Below are positions 1 through 9,528 of a stretch of DNA of 64,000 bases, piece after piece. This stretch comes from a virus. Lineage: Duplodnaviria > Caudoviricetes. The notes under the pieces were generated by a model, which saw only the letters and a program-made list of their open reading frames with translations, was not told where the DNA came from and made no database searches. The DNA is taken from the IMG/VR virus record IMGVR_UViG_3300043388_000012, positions 18,210-82,209 of that record, one strand, 5' to 3'. A program made the position numbers and the translations under genes. The stretch's first letter is position 1. Every line of letters starts with the position of its first letter.

Positions 1-23
1 AGCGTCGTCTGACTTGTCATCTG

Positions 24-794
24 TCATTTGGGTGCGTCCTTTGGTCGCAGGCCAAGTACGGAGCAGAGCACTTCGACGTCTTCGCGGTACATCGTTAGTT
101 CGCCCGAGAGAACGCCTCGAATCCAGATGAACACACGCTCGTGTGCTCCCGCTGTCTTCGTTCGAATGCTGCTCACGATGCGCAGATAGGGCGGTTCATT
201 GGCATCGGTCACGAACTGCCGCTCACAGCCATCGGGAGCAGCACGCGATGCGCTGTGAGGCAGTACGAGCTTGTCACGTGTCGCTTTGAGTTCGTCGAGC
301 AGCTCATCGATGCGGCCTTCGCTGAGCTTGAGCGAGTTGAGTAGGTCTTTGACCTTGTCACGCAAGCAGAGCGCTTCGTGTGCTAGCAGTCCTGCTTCAG
401 TGCGCGGATGGTAGCTGTCACGTGAAAGGCGCCACTTCCACAGAGACAGACTCGCCTCGATGCGCTTATCGATCTCTTCATCGGTGAGCTTCGGATAGTC
501 GACGAACTTAACGCTGTCGGTCTCGGAGCGCTCTGCCATCTCAGTCTGAAGCGCAGACAGTACGCGATAGGCTTTCTCGACGTTCTCGTGGCATGGATAG
601 CCGAGCAGGTCGTATGCCCTGCCTGTCTGCTCTGCCCACTTGGCAACGCGTGCTTCGAGCGATTGCAGACTCAGGTCGAGCCGCACGGTACGAGCTTCGG
701 ACTCGGACGGTGTATGCCTCGAGGTGATGCGGATCGCATCGAGCGCTGTGACCAAGTGGTCGATAGCTGTGGCTAGGCGTTCGTCATGAGGCAT
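24..794 (-). CDS. Hypothetical phage protein
   Basis: 256-aa ORF tiling with upstream minus-strand ORFs; no motif recognised. Confidence 0.7.
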   Translation of the reverse strand: MPHDERLATAIDHLVTALDAIRITSRHTPSESEARTVRLDLSLQSLEARVAKWAEQTGRAYDLLGYPCHENVEKAYRVLSALQTEMAERSETDSVKFVDYPKLTDEEIDKRIEASLSLWKWRLSRDSYHPRTEAGLLAHEALCLRDKVKDLLNSLKLSEGRIDELLDELKATRDKLVLPHSASRAAPDGCERQFVTDANEPPYLRIVSSIRTKTAGAHERVFIWIRGVLSGELTMYREDVEVLCSVLGLRPKDAPK

Positions 795-1155
795 TCAGTT
801 CTCTCCCATGCGCGGCTTTGCTCGGAGCCGGAAAGTGCGGCTCCGTACCTGGTCCCATCACATCGTTGAATATCGCTTCGGCTTGATCGATGGAGGCCAA
901 AGACTCCATCACGCCGCATTTCCGCATTAGGGCGACGCGGCGCCCGATGGCGGTCATAGCCGCACGGAGAGCTTCCCCAGTAGGCTCTTCATCCGTACCA
1001 GCTGACATCTCGTGAACGATTGCAGCCATCAGCCAGAACAAGTCAGCGGGACGCAACCCGGCTTCGCTCATGCGTAGGGTCAGGTCGTGAGCAACGTGCA
1101 TGATTGACTCTGCGCGCGCTTCATCCTCCGCAGTAGGCTCTTCATCGTCAGCCAT
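784..1155 (-). CDS. Hypothetical protein
   Basis: 123-aa ORF, start abuts the stop of the upstream ORF. Confidence 0.7.
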   Translation of the reverse strand: MADDEEPTAEDEARAESIMHVAHDLTLRMSEAGLRPADLFWLMAAIVHEMSAGTDEEPTGEALRAAMTAIGRRVALMRKCGVMESLASIDQAEAIFNDVMGPGTEPHFPAPSKAAHGRELNAS

Positions 1156-1709
1156 CAGCCCGGCTCTCCAGCTGCTTTCAAAGCAGCATCGAGCACAGCT
1201 AGCGCAGTCGCCACAGGACCATTCGAGCCGTCTTCACTCGGTTCATCGCCACTCATCAACAGGCAATCATGTGCAGCAGAAGCAGCCTTCCGCAGCACTG
1301 CAGCCTTCTCAGTCAACCGTGAAATCACGCGTTCACGTTCACGGAGTAGCTCCGCAGCCACAGTAACGAGATGCTCTGCCACAGCGGGCGAGGATGGAGC
1401 TTCAACAGCACGTGACACAGCCGCAGTCACGTTAGGCACACCAGCCTCGCCCAACAGAGCAACCATCTCAGCCGTACCAACTACACCACCAAACTCGAGA
1501 GTGCAGCGAACAGCCAAGCCGGTCTTAGGCGAAGCATCATCATTCAAAGCAGTCACGAGCAGACGAGTATGCACATGCGTAGTACCGGCTAGAGCCAGAG
1601 CATCAGCACCTAGCAACTCCTTGCCGAACGCAGTGAGAAAGGCCGGAAACGCTACGTCGGTAGCAACCGCTTCTCGTTTCTCGCGCAACACACGTTCGTC
1701 GTCAGTCAT
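1155..1709 (-). CDS. Hypothetical protein (start revised to MTDDERV)
   Basis: GGAGG RBS before ATG at 1709; helical Ala/Val-rich product. Confidence 0.7.
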   Translation of the reverse strand: MTDDERVLREKREAVATDVAFPAFLTAFGKELLGADALALAGTTHVHTRLLVTALNDDASPKTGLAVRCTLEFGGVVGTAEMVALLGEAGVPNVTAAVSRAVEAPSSPAVAEHLVTVAAELLRERERVISRLTEKAAVLRKAASAAHDCLLMSGDEPSEDGSNGPVATALAVLDAALKAAGEPG

Positions 1710-1956
1710 CGACCCTCCCTTGAGGGGAAGACCAATAGACCGGCTCAACCGCTTCTGTCCATCCCCTCCGCTGGCTGTGGGACAGATCCGCGATTGATCG
1801 AGAGACGGGCGGAGAGCGTCAACCGTGATCACTCTTGGCACTGCTCGTAGAGCTCAACACTGCTCCGCACTGATCGGCGATGTACCCGTGCCCCCAGAGC
1901 AGAGGAAGACGCTTCATGAACCAGGTCGAAGATCTGGGGGAGAGTGTGGCATGATG

Positions 1957-1982
1957 GAGCCAGATGCGGGACACATTGTCAA
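1957..1982 (-). promoter_or_regulatory. Leftward promoter with motif-A operator variant
   Basis: Minus strand reads TTGACA-AT-GTGTCCCGCATCTGGCTC: a consensus -35 followed by the same operator used in the 32.6-39.3 kb cassettes. Confidence 0.7.
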
Positions 1983-2030
1983 GCGCGTAAACACGAACGG
2001 ACCCGCTCGTGTTTGTGCTAGACCACCTGC

Positions 2031-2774
2031 ATGCCTCCGCGCAAACAGACCACTGACCCGAGCATCGCGATCGCTTACCTCCGCGTCTCGAGTGACGAGC
2101 AAACCGTTCGGCAGCAACGGGAGGAGATCGAGCGTTGGGCCCGCTCGCAGCGCATCACGATCGCGGAGTGGTTCTCCGATGATGGAGTGAGCGGAGCGGC
2201 GGAGCTCTCCATCGCAAAGCGGCCTGGCATGATGGGAGCCATCGCGGCTCTCAAGACACATCGAGCTGGCTTGCTCGTTGCGTGGAAGCGAGACCGGCTT
2301 GCTCGATGCGTAGCGAGCGCTGCGGCCATCGAGAAGCTCTGCAAGGAGCAAGGCTCGAAGGTCGTAACCGCGGATGGGCTCGATGCGAGTGATACGCCAG
2401 AGGGCATGCTCGTGCGCTCCATGCTGGACGTGATTGCAGCCTACGAGCTGGAGTTGATCCGTGTACGCACGCGCATAGCGATGGCCTCGAAGAAAAAACG
2501 AGGGGAGGCGGTAGGGTCAGCACCCTACGGCTGGAAAAACTTGGGCCGCATCGAAGTGCAGGGGGGTAAGTCGGTCGGAGGTCGCTTGGAAAGGGTGCCA
2601 GAGGAACAGGCCACCATCGCGCGTATACGCCTCCTGCAGGCATCCGGACTCTCGCATAGGGGGATTGCTCTAGCGCTCACGAGAGAGGGCTACAGGGCCC
2701 GTGGGAAGGCTTGGCATGCGACCACAGTACAGCGCGTGTTGAGTGCGCTACGCATGGCCAGAGAGGCGGCTTGA
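2031..2774 (+). CDS. Serine recombinase (resolvase catalytic domain plus short C-terminal recombinase/HTH domain)
   Basis: AYLRVSS (catalytic Ser), FSDDGVSGA, WKRDRLAR, APYGW, and a C-terminal WHATTVQRVL helix. Confidence 0.92.
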   Translation: MPPRKQTTDPSIAIAYLRVSSDEQTVRQQREEIERWARSQRITIAEWFSDDGVSGAAELSIAKRPGMMGAIAALKTHRAGLLVAWKRDRLARCVASAAAIEKLCKEQGSKVVTADGLDASDTPEGMLVRSMLDVIAAYELELIRVRTRIAMASKKKRGEAVGSAPYGWKNLGRIEVQGGKSVGGRLERVPEEQATIARIRLLQASGLSHRGIALALTREGYRARGKAWHATTVQRVLSALRMAREAA

Positions 2775-2793
2775 AAGACTCGGCACGGGGCTG

Positions 2794-2811
2794 TGTATCC
2801 TCGAGGTTACA
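2794..2811. repeat. Motif B copy 1 (TGTATCCTCGAGGTTACA)
   Basis: 18-bp quasi-palindrome that recurs at 6 other sites. Confidence 0.9.
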
Positions 2812-2992
2812 CGGCCGATTTCCCTTGCAGCACACATGTGTCATACAGGTGGGCGCGTGGGGTTTGCGTCCGCACTCTGCCTCACGTCCGGGAGGCCTTA
2901 CCCCTATTCCCCCTCGAAAAATGATCGGGCAACCCAAAGGGCACCCTGGGTTTCAAAAATAAAATTTCGTATACCGCGCACAGCGGTAAGCA

Positions 2993-3484
2993 ATGGGCGG
3001 GGGCATGGCAAGGAAGAGCAAGGCAAGGCGAGAACGGGACTTACTCGGAGTAGTGCATGAGGCGGCGGGTGAGCTCGCGAAGAGACGAGAGCATGATTTG
3101 AGGCTTGCTCTTTTGCCCGACAAGATCGTGGTGCGTGCAGACACGTTCGTCCGCACGATTTGGTTTGTGCAGTTCTCCGAGGAAGCCAACATCCTTGCTT
3201 GGATGTACCGGAGCCCGGGGCAACCTTGGAACATCGCATGGCGCTTCAAGTACCCAGACAGAGCGGCAGAAGTGCATCGGGTTATGGTTAGTGCCGAACC
3301 GCAGGAATACGAGCTAGTCGCGGCCGAAGAGAAGCTCTCCGAGGTCTTCCAAGCTGCTTGCGATGCAGAGACACGAGCAGGGCGGTTTGCCGAGTATGAC
3401 CGGCTCGATATCCAGCTGATTGGGGAGGAAGCCCTTGCTTGCATCGAGGATCAACCGTGGGCCAAGAACCCGATCATTCTGTGA
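2993..3484 (+). CDS. Hypothetical protein
   Basis: First ORF of a long, tightly packed plus-strand operon. Confidence 0.7.
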   Translation: MGGGMARKSKARRERDLLGVVHEAAGELAKRREHDLRLALLPDKIVVRADTFVRTIWFVQFSEEANILAWMYRSPGQPWNIAWRFKYPDRAAEVHRVMVSAEPQEYELVAAEEKLSEVFQAACDAETRAGRFAEYDRLDIQLIGEEALACIEDQPWAKNPIIL

Positions 3485-3664
3485 TTGTCCCCAAAGCGAG
3501 CAGACCTGTTTTGGTCATGCTTTTCCGCTGAGAAAAGTCTTTGGTGCGGGACACGTCCGGCTGTAGAGTTCCGCCAACTCTCGTGCACAAGGTTCTTCCC
3601 GGGACTTGTCTCTCTCTTCATCGTGCACGGGAGTTTTCCTCCCTTCCCCTCGAGGGCCCAACTG

Positions 3665-3979
3665 ATGGACGGTCTACACAAGCTCGATGAACTCTGCACC
3701 GAAGTGCGGGAGGTGACTGAGTCTGACTGCGTTGTCTTGATGGTGATCGTGGGCAATCACATCGGCTACTCGGCGAAGTTTTCATGTGAGCCGCATCTCC
3801 GTACGCAGACGTTGAGCGCGATCGCTTCTCAGTTGCGTCACATCGCAGGTGAAATCGAAGCAGATGCTACCCCGCGACTAGCTTGGGATCAGAGCGATGG
3901 CGTTGTCTGCCCGACGTGCGGTGAGGACTTCACGTTGTGCTCGCACGGCAACGAAATAACTTCGAGGGAACAGTCATGA
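3665..3979 (+). CDS. Hypothetical protein with C-terminal CxxC Zn ribbon
   Basis: CPTCGEDFTLC; ATGA overlap with the next gene. Confidence 0.65.
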   Translation: MDGLHKLDELCTEVREVTESDCVVLMVIVGNHIGYSAKFSCEPHLRTQTLSAIASQLRHIAGEIEADATPRLAWDQSDGVVCPTCGEDFTLCSHGNEITSREQS

Positions 3980-4383
3980 ATGGCGATGTGACTTGGAAGG
4001 TTTGCGATCGATGCGTAGGCAAGCCGGATGCAGAGCATTTCGCTGAGACCCTCGAGGCATGCACTGACCCTGCGATCAAAGAGCTGGCGCAGAGCATTCC
4101 TGCGGTGACTTGTTATTTCGATACGGCAACCGCTGCAGCACGAAGCTTCCACGTCTGGATTACAGGCTATACACACCATGCTGATGGTTCTGTCACCATC
4201 CGCGCGCTCAACGACGGCAATGACGATCTCTTGCCCGGGATCGGTAGTGAGCGAGTTCCGCCGCAGAACTTAGTGCCGTGCGGCTGTGGCAAGTGGGTAT
4301 CTCCAACTCAAGCGCAATGCTTGGAGTCAGGCATAGAAATGCTCGACTTCGTTAGGAGCCGCAGGAGCCGGGGGAAGGCATGA
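3976..4383 (+). CDS. Cys-rich hypothetical protein (paralog of 22115..22654)
   Basis: Shares PGI..L.PCGCG.W..PT..Q with the 22.1 kb ORF. Confidence 0.7.
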   Translation: MNGDVTWKVCDRCVGKPDAEHFAETLEACTDPAIKELAQSIPAVTCYFDTATAAARSFHVWITGYTHHADGSVTIRALNDGNDDLLPGIGSERVPPQNLVPCGCGKWVSPTQAQCLESGIEMLDFVRSRRSRGKA

Positions 4384-4637
4384 CTAACAAGCCGCCGAAG
4401 ATTGAAACCACGCAACAGTACTTCGTTACGAAGGGTTGCTTGCAGGGATTCAAGAACAGTTTGTTAGCACTCGATGGTCTGAACCGACCAGACATGTGGA
4501 AGAAGCTTTATCGAGATGCGTTGCTCTCGATCATCGAAGAGCTCGCCGCCGACGTGAAGGAGTACGAAGACAGCGAGCCGCTGAACGTTCTCCCGTTCGG
4601 ACCAATCGAGATCCCTCCGCATAGGCGCAACCGATGA
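4380..4637 (+). CDS. Hypothetical protein
   Basis: ATGA overlaps on both sides. Confidence 0.65.
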   Translation: MTNKPPKIETTQQYFVTKGCLQGFKNSLLALDGLNRPDMWKKLYRDALLSIIEELAADVKEYEDSEPLNVLPFGPIEIPPHRRNR

Positions 4638-5059
4638 CTAAGGTCAAAGACCTTTGGAACGATGCAGAGGGCACGATCGTCTGGCGCGAAGTCTTCAAGG
4701 ACGAAGAAACGGGTCAGTGGCTCATTTCCGTGAACGTAGGCGGAAGCACGATCGAGCCTCCAGCGTTCAGCATTGCTCGTGCGCTCAAGTCCTATCTTGC
4801 CGAAGACATCCGGACGGAGGCGATCGTTGCCTATCAAGCGATGGCGCGTTGCCTGCACAGGCTAGCTAACAAAGCGATGCTCGAAGCAGAGAAGCTACAA
4901 CCGACTTCGGAGTTCGAGATCCCGATCGAGAAACTCTGCATCGATCTGATGAACGAAAAGGTTGCTGAGATCGCGAAGCACGGCGGCAGAGCTCTCACGA
5001 TCGCCGAAGAGCGACTAGCAGCTCATCTGCGCGCGCGGGGTTGGGGGGAGAAGCTATGA
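4634..5059 (+). CDS. Hypothetical protein
   Basis: ATGA overlaps on both sides. Confidence 0.7.
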   Translation: MTKVKDLWNDAEGTIVWREVFKDEETGQWLISVNVGGSTIEPPAFSIARALKSYLAEDIRTEAIVAYQAMARCLHRLANKAMLEAEKLQPTSEFEIPIEKLCIDLMNEKVAEIAKHGGRALTIAEERLAAHLRARGWGEKL

Positions 5060-5352
5060 CCGTCCGTCAGTACACGCCCGAGGAGAAGGCCCGCTTGGTC
5101 GGTGGGCTGTCGGAGGAAGATTGGAATCGATCTTCGATCGAGTTCGAGCGCGTCGTGAGGTGGTCTTTCGAGAGATTGCCGGTCATGACGCAAGCGGCTG
5201 CGCTGCACGGTCTCCTTTGCGGCAACCAGGAGCTTCAGGATGCGCTCGACACCATCGAGCACGTTTGTAAGCAGCAGCCGGTTCCGATGCAAGCTCCGTG
5301 CCACTCGCTGAGCAAGAAGCTCATCTCCGCAGGTTGGGAAGGATGCGAGTAA
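5056..5352 (+). CDS. Hypothetical protein
   Basis: GGGGGAG RBS and overlap with the upstream stop. Confidence 0.65.
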   Translation: MTVRQYTPEEKARLVGGLSEEDWNRSSIEFERVVRWSFERLPVMTQAAALHGLLCGNQELQDALDTIEHVCKQQPVPMQAPCHSLSKKLISAGWEGCE

Positions 5353-5431
5353 AGGTCGAGCTGGGTATAAACACGATCTGCATCGAGTACTTAGGCGGGC
5401 AACGTTTCATCGAGATTCAGAGGGCTGGCGG

Positions 5432-5722
5432 ATGACAAGCGACGACGACGATCCTGTGATGCGGCGTACTGCGACGGGCTTGCCCGGAGCCGCGTGTTTG
5501 AAGTGCGGAGCTCTGGCTCAGAACGCGGCCAACGCTCTGGGAGACAAGCTGATACATCCGTTCGCTGGCTGCTTCTCGATCTGTGTCATGTGCTTCCATC
5601 CGCAGGCGTTCACGGAGGACCTTACGAAGTTCCGTGAGCTGACTCCCGAAGAAGCCAAGTCGAAGCCACTTCAGCGAGCACTCGACGCGATCAAGCGAGC
5701 ATTCGCGACGAGGCCTAGCTAA
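5432..5722 (+). CDS. Zn-finger hypothetical protein
   Basis: CLKCG...ICVMC; resembles the C-terminus of 25288..26490. Confidence 0.65.
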   Translation: MTSDDDDPVMRRTATGLPGAACLKCGALAQNAANALGDKLIHPFAGCFSICVMCFHPQAFTEDLTKFRELTPEEAKSKPLQRALDAIKRAFATRPS

Positions 5723-5723
5723 A

Positions 5724-5942
5724 ATGCCGCTCGTTATCCCGTTCGTCTGCGATGTGTGCGGAGCGGGTTGCGTTGCCGAACCATGCTCGGGAGAGACGTG
5801 CTTTCTCCCGCATCGTGCGGATGGGCACGTGCACTACAGATGCCCGACCGGAGACGCTCCGCCGTTCGCTGTGACCGTCATCAAGAGCAGGTGGGGCGAT
5901 CACATTCAGATTACTTCGTCGAAGCGAATGGACCAACCATGA
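5724..5942 (+). CDS. Small Cys/His-rich protein
   Basis: CDVCG...C..H...HYRC; fits operon tiling. Confidence 0.55.
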   Translation: MPLVIPFVCDVCGAGCVAEPCSGETCFLPHRADGHVHYRCPTGDAPPFAVTVIKSRWGDHIQITSSKRMDQP

Positions 5943-6109
5943 ACCGGCTACACGCTCTCGTGCACGCGCTCGAATGCACGGCGATCGTCTTGGCTGTGAT
6001 TGCTCCGGTTCGTAGCACGATGCATAAAGTCGCAGCTTGGTTCGCGTTGGGCGTGCTCTGTTTGGTGATCGCGATGGGAGCCGGAGCGGAGCTGTGGAAT
6101 CTGAAATGA
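5939..6109 (+). CDS. Small membrane protein
   Basis: Two hydrophobic stretches; ATGA overlap. Confidence 0.5.
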   Translation: MNRLHALVHALECTAIVLAVIAPVRSTMHKVAAWFALGVLCLVIAMGAGAELWNLK

Positions 6110-6168
6110 GACGACGATCGCAGCTACACGAGCTGTTCATTGTGCTCGTTGGCAAGCGAGGCTAACCG

Positions 6169-6729
6169 ATGACCTACGCACGTTGGAGTGAGGCGTCAGA
6201 CGTGTACTTGTACGAGTCGGCTAGTACAGACCGCTTCATCTGCTGCGGTTGTTGTTTGATGCCTGTCCCGAAGCCGTTGTCTGAAGTGAACCAGCGGGCG
6301 CGTGCAAGGATGACTCACGATGAACGGAGCACGGTCTCGCGTTCGTTCGCTAAGCGAGAGCAGTTGATTGAGCACCTTCAAGAACACATCGCAGCGGGGC
6401 ATAAGGTTGAGTCGCATGCGATCCTGAAACTACAACACGAGATCGACAATCCTCCGGAGCCATTCGATCCGGCGCGGAGATCGCTAAAGGCCAAGTTCGA
6501 GCGGCTCACTCAACAAGAGCGCGACGCTCTTTTGATCGCGACTCAAGTACTCGCTTCAGAAGATCCGCCGCCGACTAGGGCTCGTCTCGCAGTGGAGGTC
6601 ATCACGACTGCGATGGATGACTTGAAGGAGCTCGGAGATCTCGGGCCAACGATCAACGAGTGGAAAGATCGGCTTGTGTTCTCGTTGGGCGTGCAGCTAG
6701 CTCATGTCCGAATGCTGGTGCCGACATGA
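6169..6729 (+). CDS. Hypothetical phage protein
   Basis: N-terminal YARW...DVYLY...CCGC pattern seen in small phage proteins. Confidence 0.7.
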   Translation: MTYARWSEASDVYLYESASTDRFICCGCCLMPVPKPLSEVNQRARARMTHDERSTVSRSFAKREQLIEHLQEHIAAGHKVESHAILKLQHEIDNPPEPFDPARRSLKAKFERLTQQERDALLIATQVLASEDPPPTRARLAVEVITTAMDDLKELGDLGPTINEWKDRLVFSLGVQLAHVRMLVPT

Positions 6730-6950
6730 AGGAGTTTACACCGCGCGGAGCTACGCTCTTTTTGCTAGAGAAGGCTCGTCTTGAAGGCGACAGGTTGGCG
6801 GTTATGCCTGTCTACGCAGACTTGTTCGCTCGGTACTGCCCGGGAGTCGGCTGGTGTTGGCCATGCAAAGGGCTGCTCTACATGGCGGCGACAGATGAGC
6901 TGTTGCCGCGAGATGTAGTCGAGACGATCCGCAGCATGCGCGACATATGA
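6726..6950 (+). CDS. Hypothetical protein
   Basis: ATGA overlap. Confidence 0.55.
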   Translation: MKEFTPRGATLFLLEKARLEGDRLAVMPVYADLFARYCPGVGWCWPCKGLLYMAATDELLPRDVVETIRSMRDI

Positions 6951-6960
6951 AGGGGGACAC

Positions 6961-7143
6961 GTGCGTAAGAAAAAAGATGAGTTTGATCTGATCGATGACT
7001 TGGATCTCATCGACCGCGATCCGTCGATCGGAATTGCCACGAAGGCACTTCTTCAGTTGCCTGCCTTCAGGAGGCGAGCAAAGAAGGAAGCCGATCGCAT
7101 CAGAGGATTGCTCCGGGCAGCGCGCGACAAGGAGGCCACATGA
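6961..7143 (+). CDS. Hypothetical protein
   Basis: GAAGGGGG RBS before GTG. Confidence 0.55.
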   Translation: MRKKKDEFDLIDDLDLIDRDPSIGIATKALLQLPAFRRRAKKEADRIRGLLRAARDKEAT

Positions 7144-7601
7144 GAGTCGTCACGTCGAAGGTCGTTGTCACAGAGATGGGAGCGGCTTCGTTCTTCCGCA
7201 TGTGCCTGACGTTGGGTCAGCGCTACATCGAGCAGGCGATCGTGGCGCTGGAGATGCAGGAGCAGATCGCTCCGAGCGATACCGCGGCAGAGCATCGCTA
7301 CTGCAGTCAGGCGATGAACCGACTCCTTCCGATCGATGCAACCGAGTGGTTGAAGCAGGAGCGAGCGAAGGTTCGTGCTGAGTTTTGGGGGCTGATCTCG
7401 GCTGCAAGGAACGTGGTCGATGCGAACACTAGAGAGCGCGGGAGGACTTCCAACGCAATCGTAACGCCGCTCGATGCCACGATGGCGAGTCTCCGAAACT
7501 CGCTCAAACAGTTGCCGATGATGGCGGCAGAGAACGAGACCAAACTGACCGGCTCGCGCGAGAAGGAGACCGCGTGGCTCATCCGGAGCTCAACTTGTTA
7601 G
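7140..7601 (+). CDS. Hypothetical protein
   Basis: GGAGG RBS and ATGA overlap. Confidence 0.65.
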   Translation: MRVVTSKVVVTEMGAASFFRMCLTLGQRYIEQAIVALEMQEQIAPSDTAAEHRYCSQAMNRLLPIDATEWLKQERAKVRAEFWGLISAARNVVDANTRERGRTSNAIVTPLDATMASLRNSLKQLPMMAAENETKLTGSREKETAWLIRSSTC

Positions 7602-7673
7602 TTGCATCGTGGTTCGAGCGAGCTATCGCACGTGTGCGAGCGAGCTCTTCGAGCTGCTAGGCGGAGGTCGCAA

Positions 7674-8114
7674 GTGAGCCCTAACTACTTCTTCGGCGAT
7701 CTCCGTTGGACGAAAGACCGCCCGACGATCAAGGCACCTGTCGCTCTCTCGTGTGCCGAGTGCAAGGAGAGCATCGCAGCGAGTGACAGCGGCGTTGTTA
7801 TGCAGAGCGTGATCATTGATCTCGATGATTCTAGTAATCACGTTGTCGGAGCAGCTGGCGGAGCTCCTGTGTTGCTTTCGCCCCCAAAAGATCAAGCGAT
7901 GATCCATTCGGTCGCTGTGCATGAAGAGTGTTTCATGCGTCAGATCGTCGGGAGTGTTGGGCATCAGACACGGCGATGCTCGTGCTACGGCGGCGACTAC
8001 GACGATCCGCCTGGCATGTCGAAGCGCGAAGCAGCCAAGGTCGCTTACACGATCTTTCTCACGCACCGTGCAGCGCTCGCAGAAGGCTTCATCCCGGGAG
8101 GCGATGCCAACTGA
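7674..8114 (+). CDS. Cys/His-rich hypothetical protein
   Basis: CAEC...HEEC...CSC; GGAGG RBS before GTG 7674. Confidence 0.6.
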   Translation: MSPNYFFGDLRWTKDRPTIKAPVALSCAECKESIAASDSGVVMQSVIIDLDDSSNHVVGAAGGAPVLLSPPKDQAMIHSVAVHEECFMRQIVGSVGHQTRRCSCYGGDYDDPPGMSKREAAKVAYTIFLTHRAALAEGFIPGGDAN

Positions 8115-8130
8115 TGGACGCGTATAGCCC

Positions 8131-8440
8131 ATGAGTCCATCAGAACTCGCCTACCAGGAAGCCACAGAAGCGATCTACGTTCGCGAGATCGATGACGGGT
8201 GGGTCATTAGTGTTCTTCGGATGGTGTATTCCGATCGAGTGTGTATCGGTCGAATCGAAGATACCTCCACGTATGACGATGGCTGGTGTTACCCCAACCG
8301 AGCGATGGCGCTGCGCTCCGCGCAAGCGTTGGAACGGGGTGGCAGACCCTCCCGACGGTTGGATAAAACAGGTCTCTACGGGGCGTTGTCGTGTGAATGG
8401 AGATCCGAATCGGGAATCGAAGGGATGGCCGGAGCCATGA
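8131..8440 (+). pseudogene. Phage protein apparently split by a 1-nt insertion near 8329
   Basis: Frame 1 ends ...GWCYPNRAMALRSAQA; the +1 frame continues WNGVADPPDGWIKQVSTGR, which looks like a common phage WCY...W.G.GDPP.GWI family (recognised by eye). Confidence 0.5.
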
Positions 8441-8477
8441 GTAGCGAGCCAAACTTCATCGCTGTGTGGAGGTATGA

Positions 8478-9122
8478 ATGATCATCGAAGTTGTCGCAGA
8501 AGACCTCCGGGAGCTAGTCATGCAGTTGGAAGGGGCGATCTTTCCTTACGAAGACGTTACGGACGCAAGGATCAACGCGTTTCGTCGTATTCGCGCGGTT
8601 CTGTTGCGAGAAGGCGTTTACCCAGAGTCGGCCTATCATCGAGCACAGATGCGTCCGTCGACCTTCGAGCAGCTACCGACTGCCGAGAAGTGGAAGATCG
8701 ATCGAGCTCTCGGGCTTCTCGATTGGGATGGCACTGACGATCGATCTCCGGTCGAGCCGGTCGAGCCGGTCGAGCCGGTCGAGCCGATGAACATCGATGC
8801 GAAGGTATCGCCGATCTTCCAAGGGGTGCATGCAGACCGGTACGAGACGAATCCTGCGGAGCTCGATGCTGCCCAGCTCTGGGAAGTCGAGAACACACAA
8901 GTAACGTCGTTAGGCCGGGAGGCAGGAACGATGCTCAACGTGTGGACTCAGTCTTTCAGCCTGCTCGGACGCTTGCTCTCTCGAGATCCCGACCGCGGCA
9001 TCAACCCGAGCCCTCGAGACTGGTTGGTTGCTTCGACGGTAGTGCAGTGGCTCGGTACTCTCCGCGGTCGCACGTTCTTGGCTCAACTTCAGGTAGCATC
9101 ATCGCTGCGGCGGGAGCCGTGA
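8478..9122 (+). CDS. Hypothetical protein with (PVE)4 linker
   Basis: 214-aa ORF with two domains joined by a microsatellite. Confidence 0.7.
   Translation: MIIEVVAEDLRELVMQLEGAIFPYEDVTDARINAFRRIRAVLLREGVYPESAYHRAQMRPSTFEQLPTAEKWKIDRALGLLDWDGTDDRSPVEPVEPVEPVEPMNIDAKVSPIFQGVHADRYETNPAELDAAQLWEVENTQVTSLGREAGTMLNVWTQSFSLLGRLLSRDPDRGINPSPRDWLVASTVVQWLGTLRGRTFLAQLQVASSLRREP
8748..8786 (+). repeat. 9-bp tandem repeat (CCGGTCGAG)x4
   Basis: Read directly; encodes PVEPVEPVEPVE. Confidence 0.95.
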
Positions 9123-9271
9123 GACGTTGGGAGATCGCGTTCTACGTTTTGGTGCTGGCTCTGATATTGGCCCTGCAGTTGGCACGCGAGCTCTATATCG
9201 ATTCGCACGCACAGCCAGGCTGGAGCGACGAACCAGGTACGTTCGATCCGTCGAAGGTCAAGGGGGAATGA
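9119..9271 (+). CDS. Small membrane protein
   Basis: Single hydrophobic helix; overlaps flanking genes. Confidence 0.5.
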   Translation: MRRWEIAFYVLVLALILALQLARELYIDSHAQPGWSDEPGTFDPSKVKGE

Positions 9272-9528
9272 TGGGCACGAAGCTCGCACGGCGATCGTTG
9301 TTTCAAGGCATCGGAGCCGTTGTCTTCGCGAAGGCGTTGGAGCGGCTCCCTGTGCTTCCCGCAAAGTGGGCATCGGACTTCGACGAGCTAGTGCGCACTT
9401 CGAGCATCGTTACGTTGGAGCCGGGCGATACGTTGCACTGGGTAAGGGATGCTGTCGGAGGTTATGCAGTCGTGATCGCAGCGGCAGCAGCGATCTACAG
9501 CGCTCCGCTCCGCGCGCGTTTGACGTAG
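9268..9528 (+). CDS. Hypothetical protein with Tat-like RR start
   Basis: LARRSLFQGIG; GGGGGA RBS. Confidence 0.5.
   Translation: MMGTKLARRSLFQGIGAVVFAKALERLPVLPAKWASDFDELVRTSSIVTLEPGDTLHWVRDAVGGYAVVIAAAAAIYSAPLRARLT

Noticed and set aside
2031-2774. IS607-family transposase
   Set aside because: No N-terminal MerR-like HTH and no adjacent tnpB.
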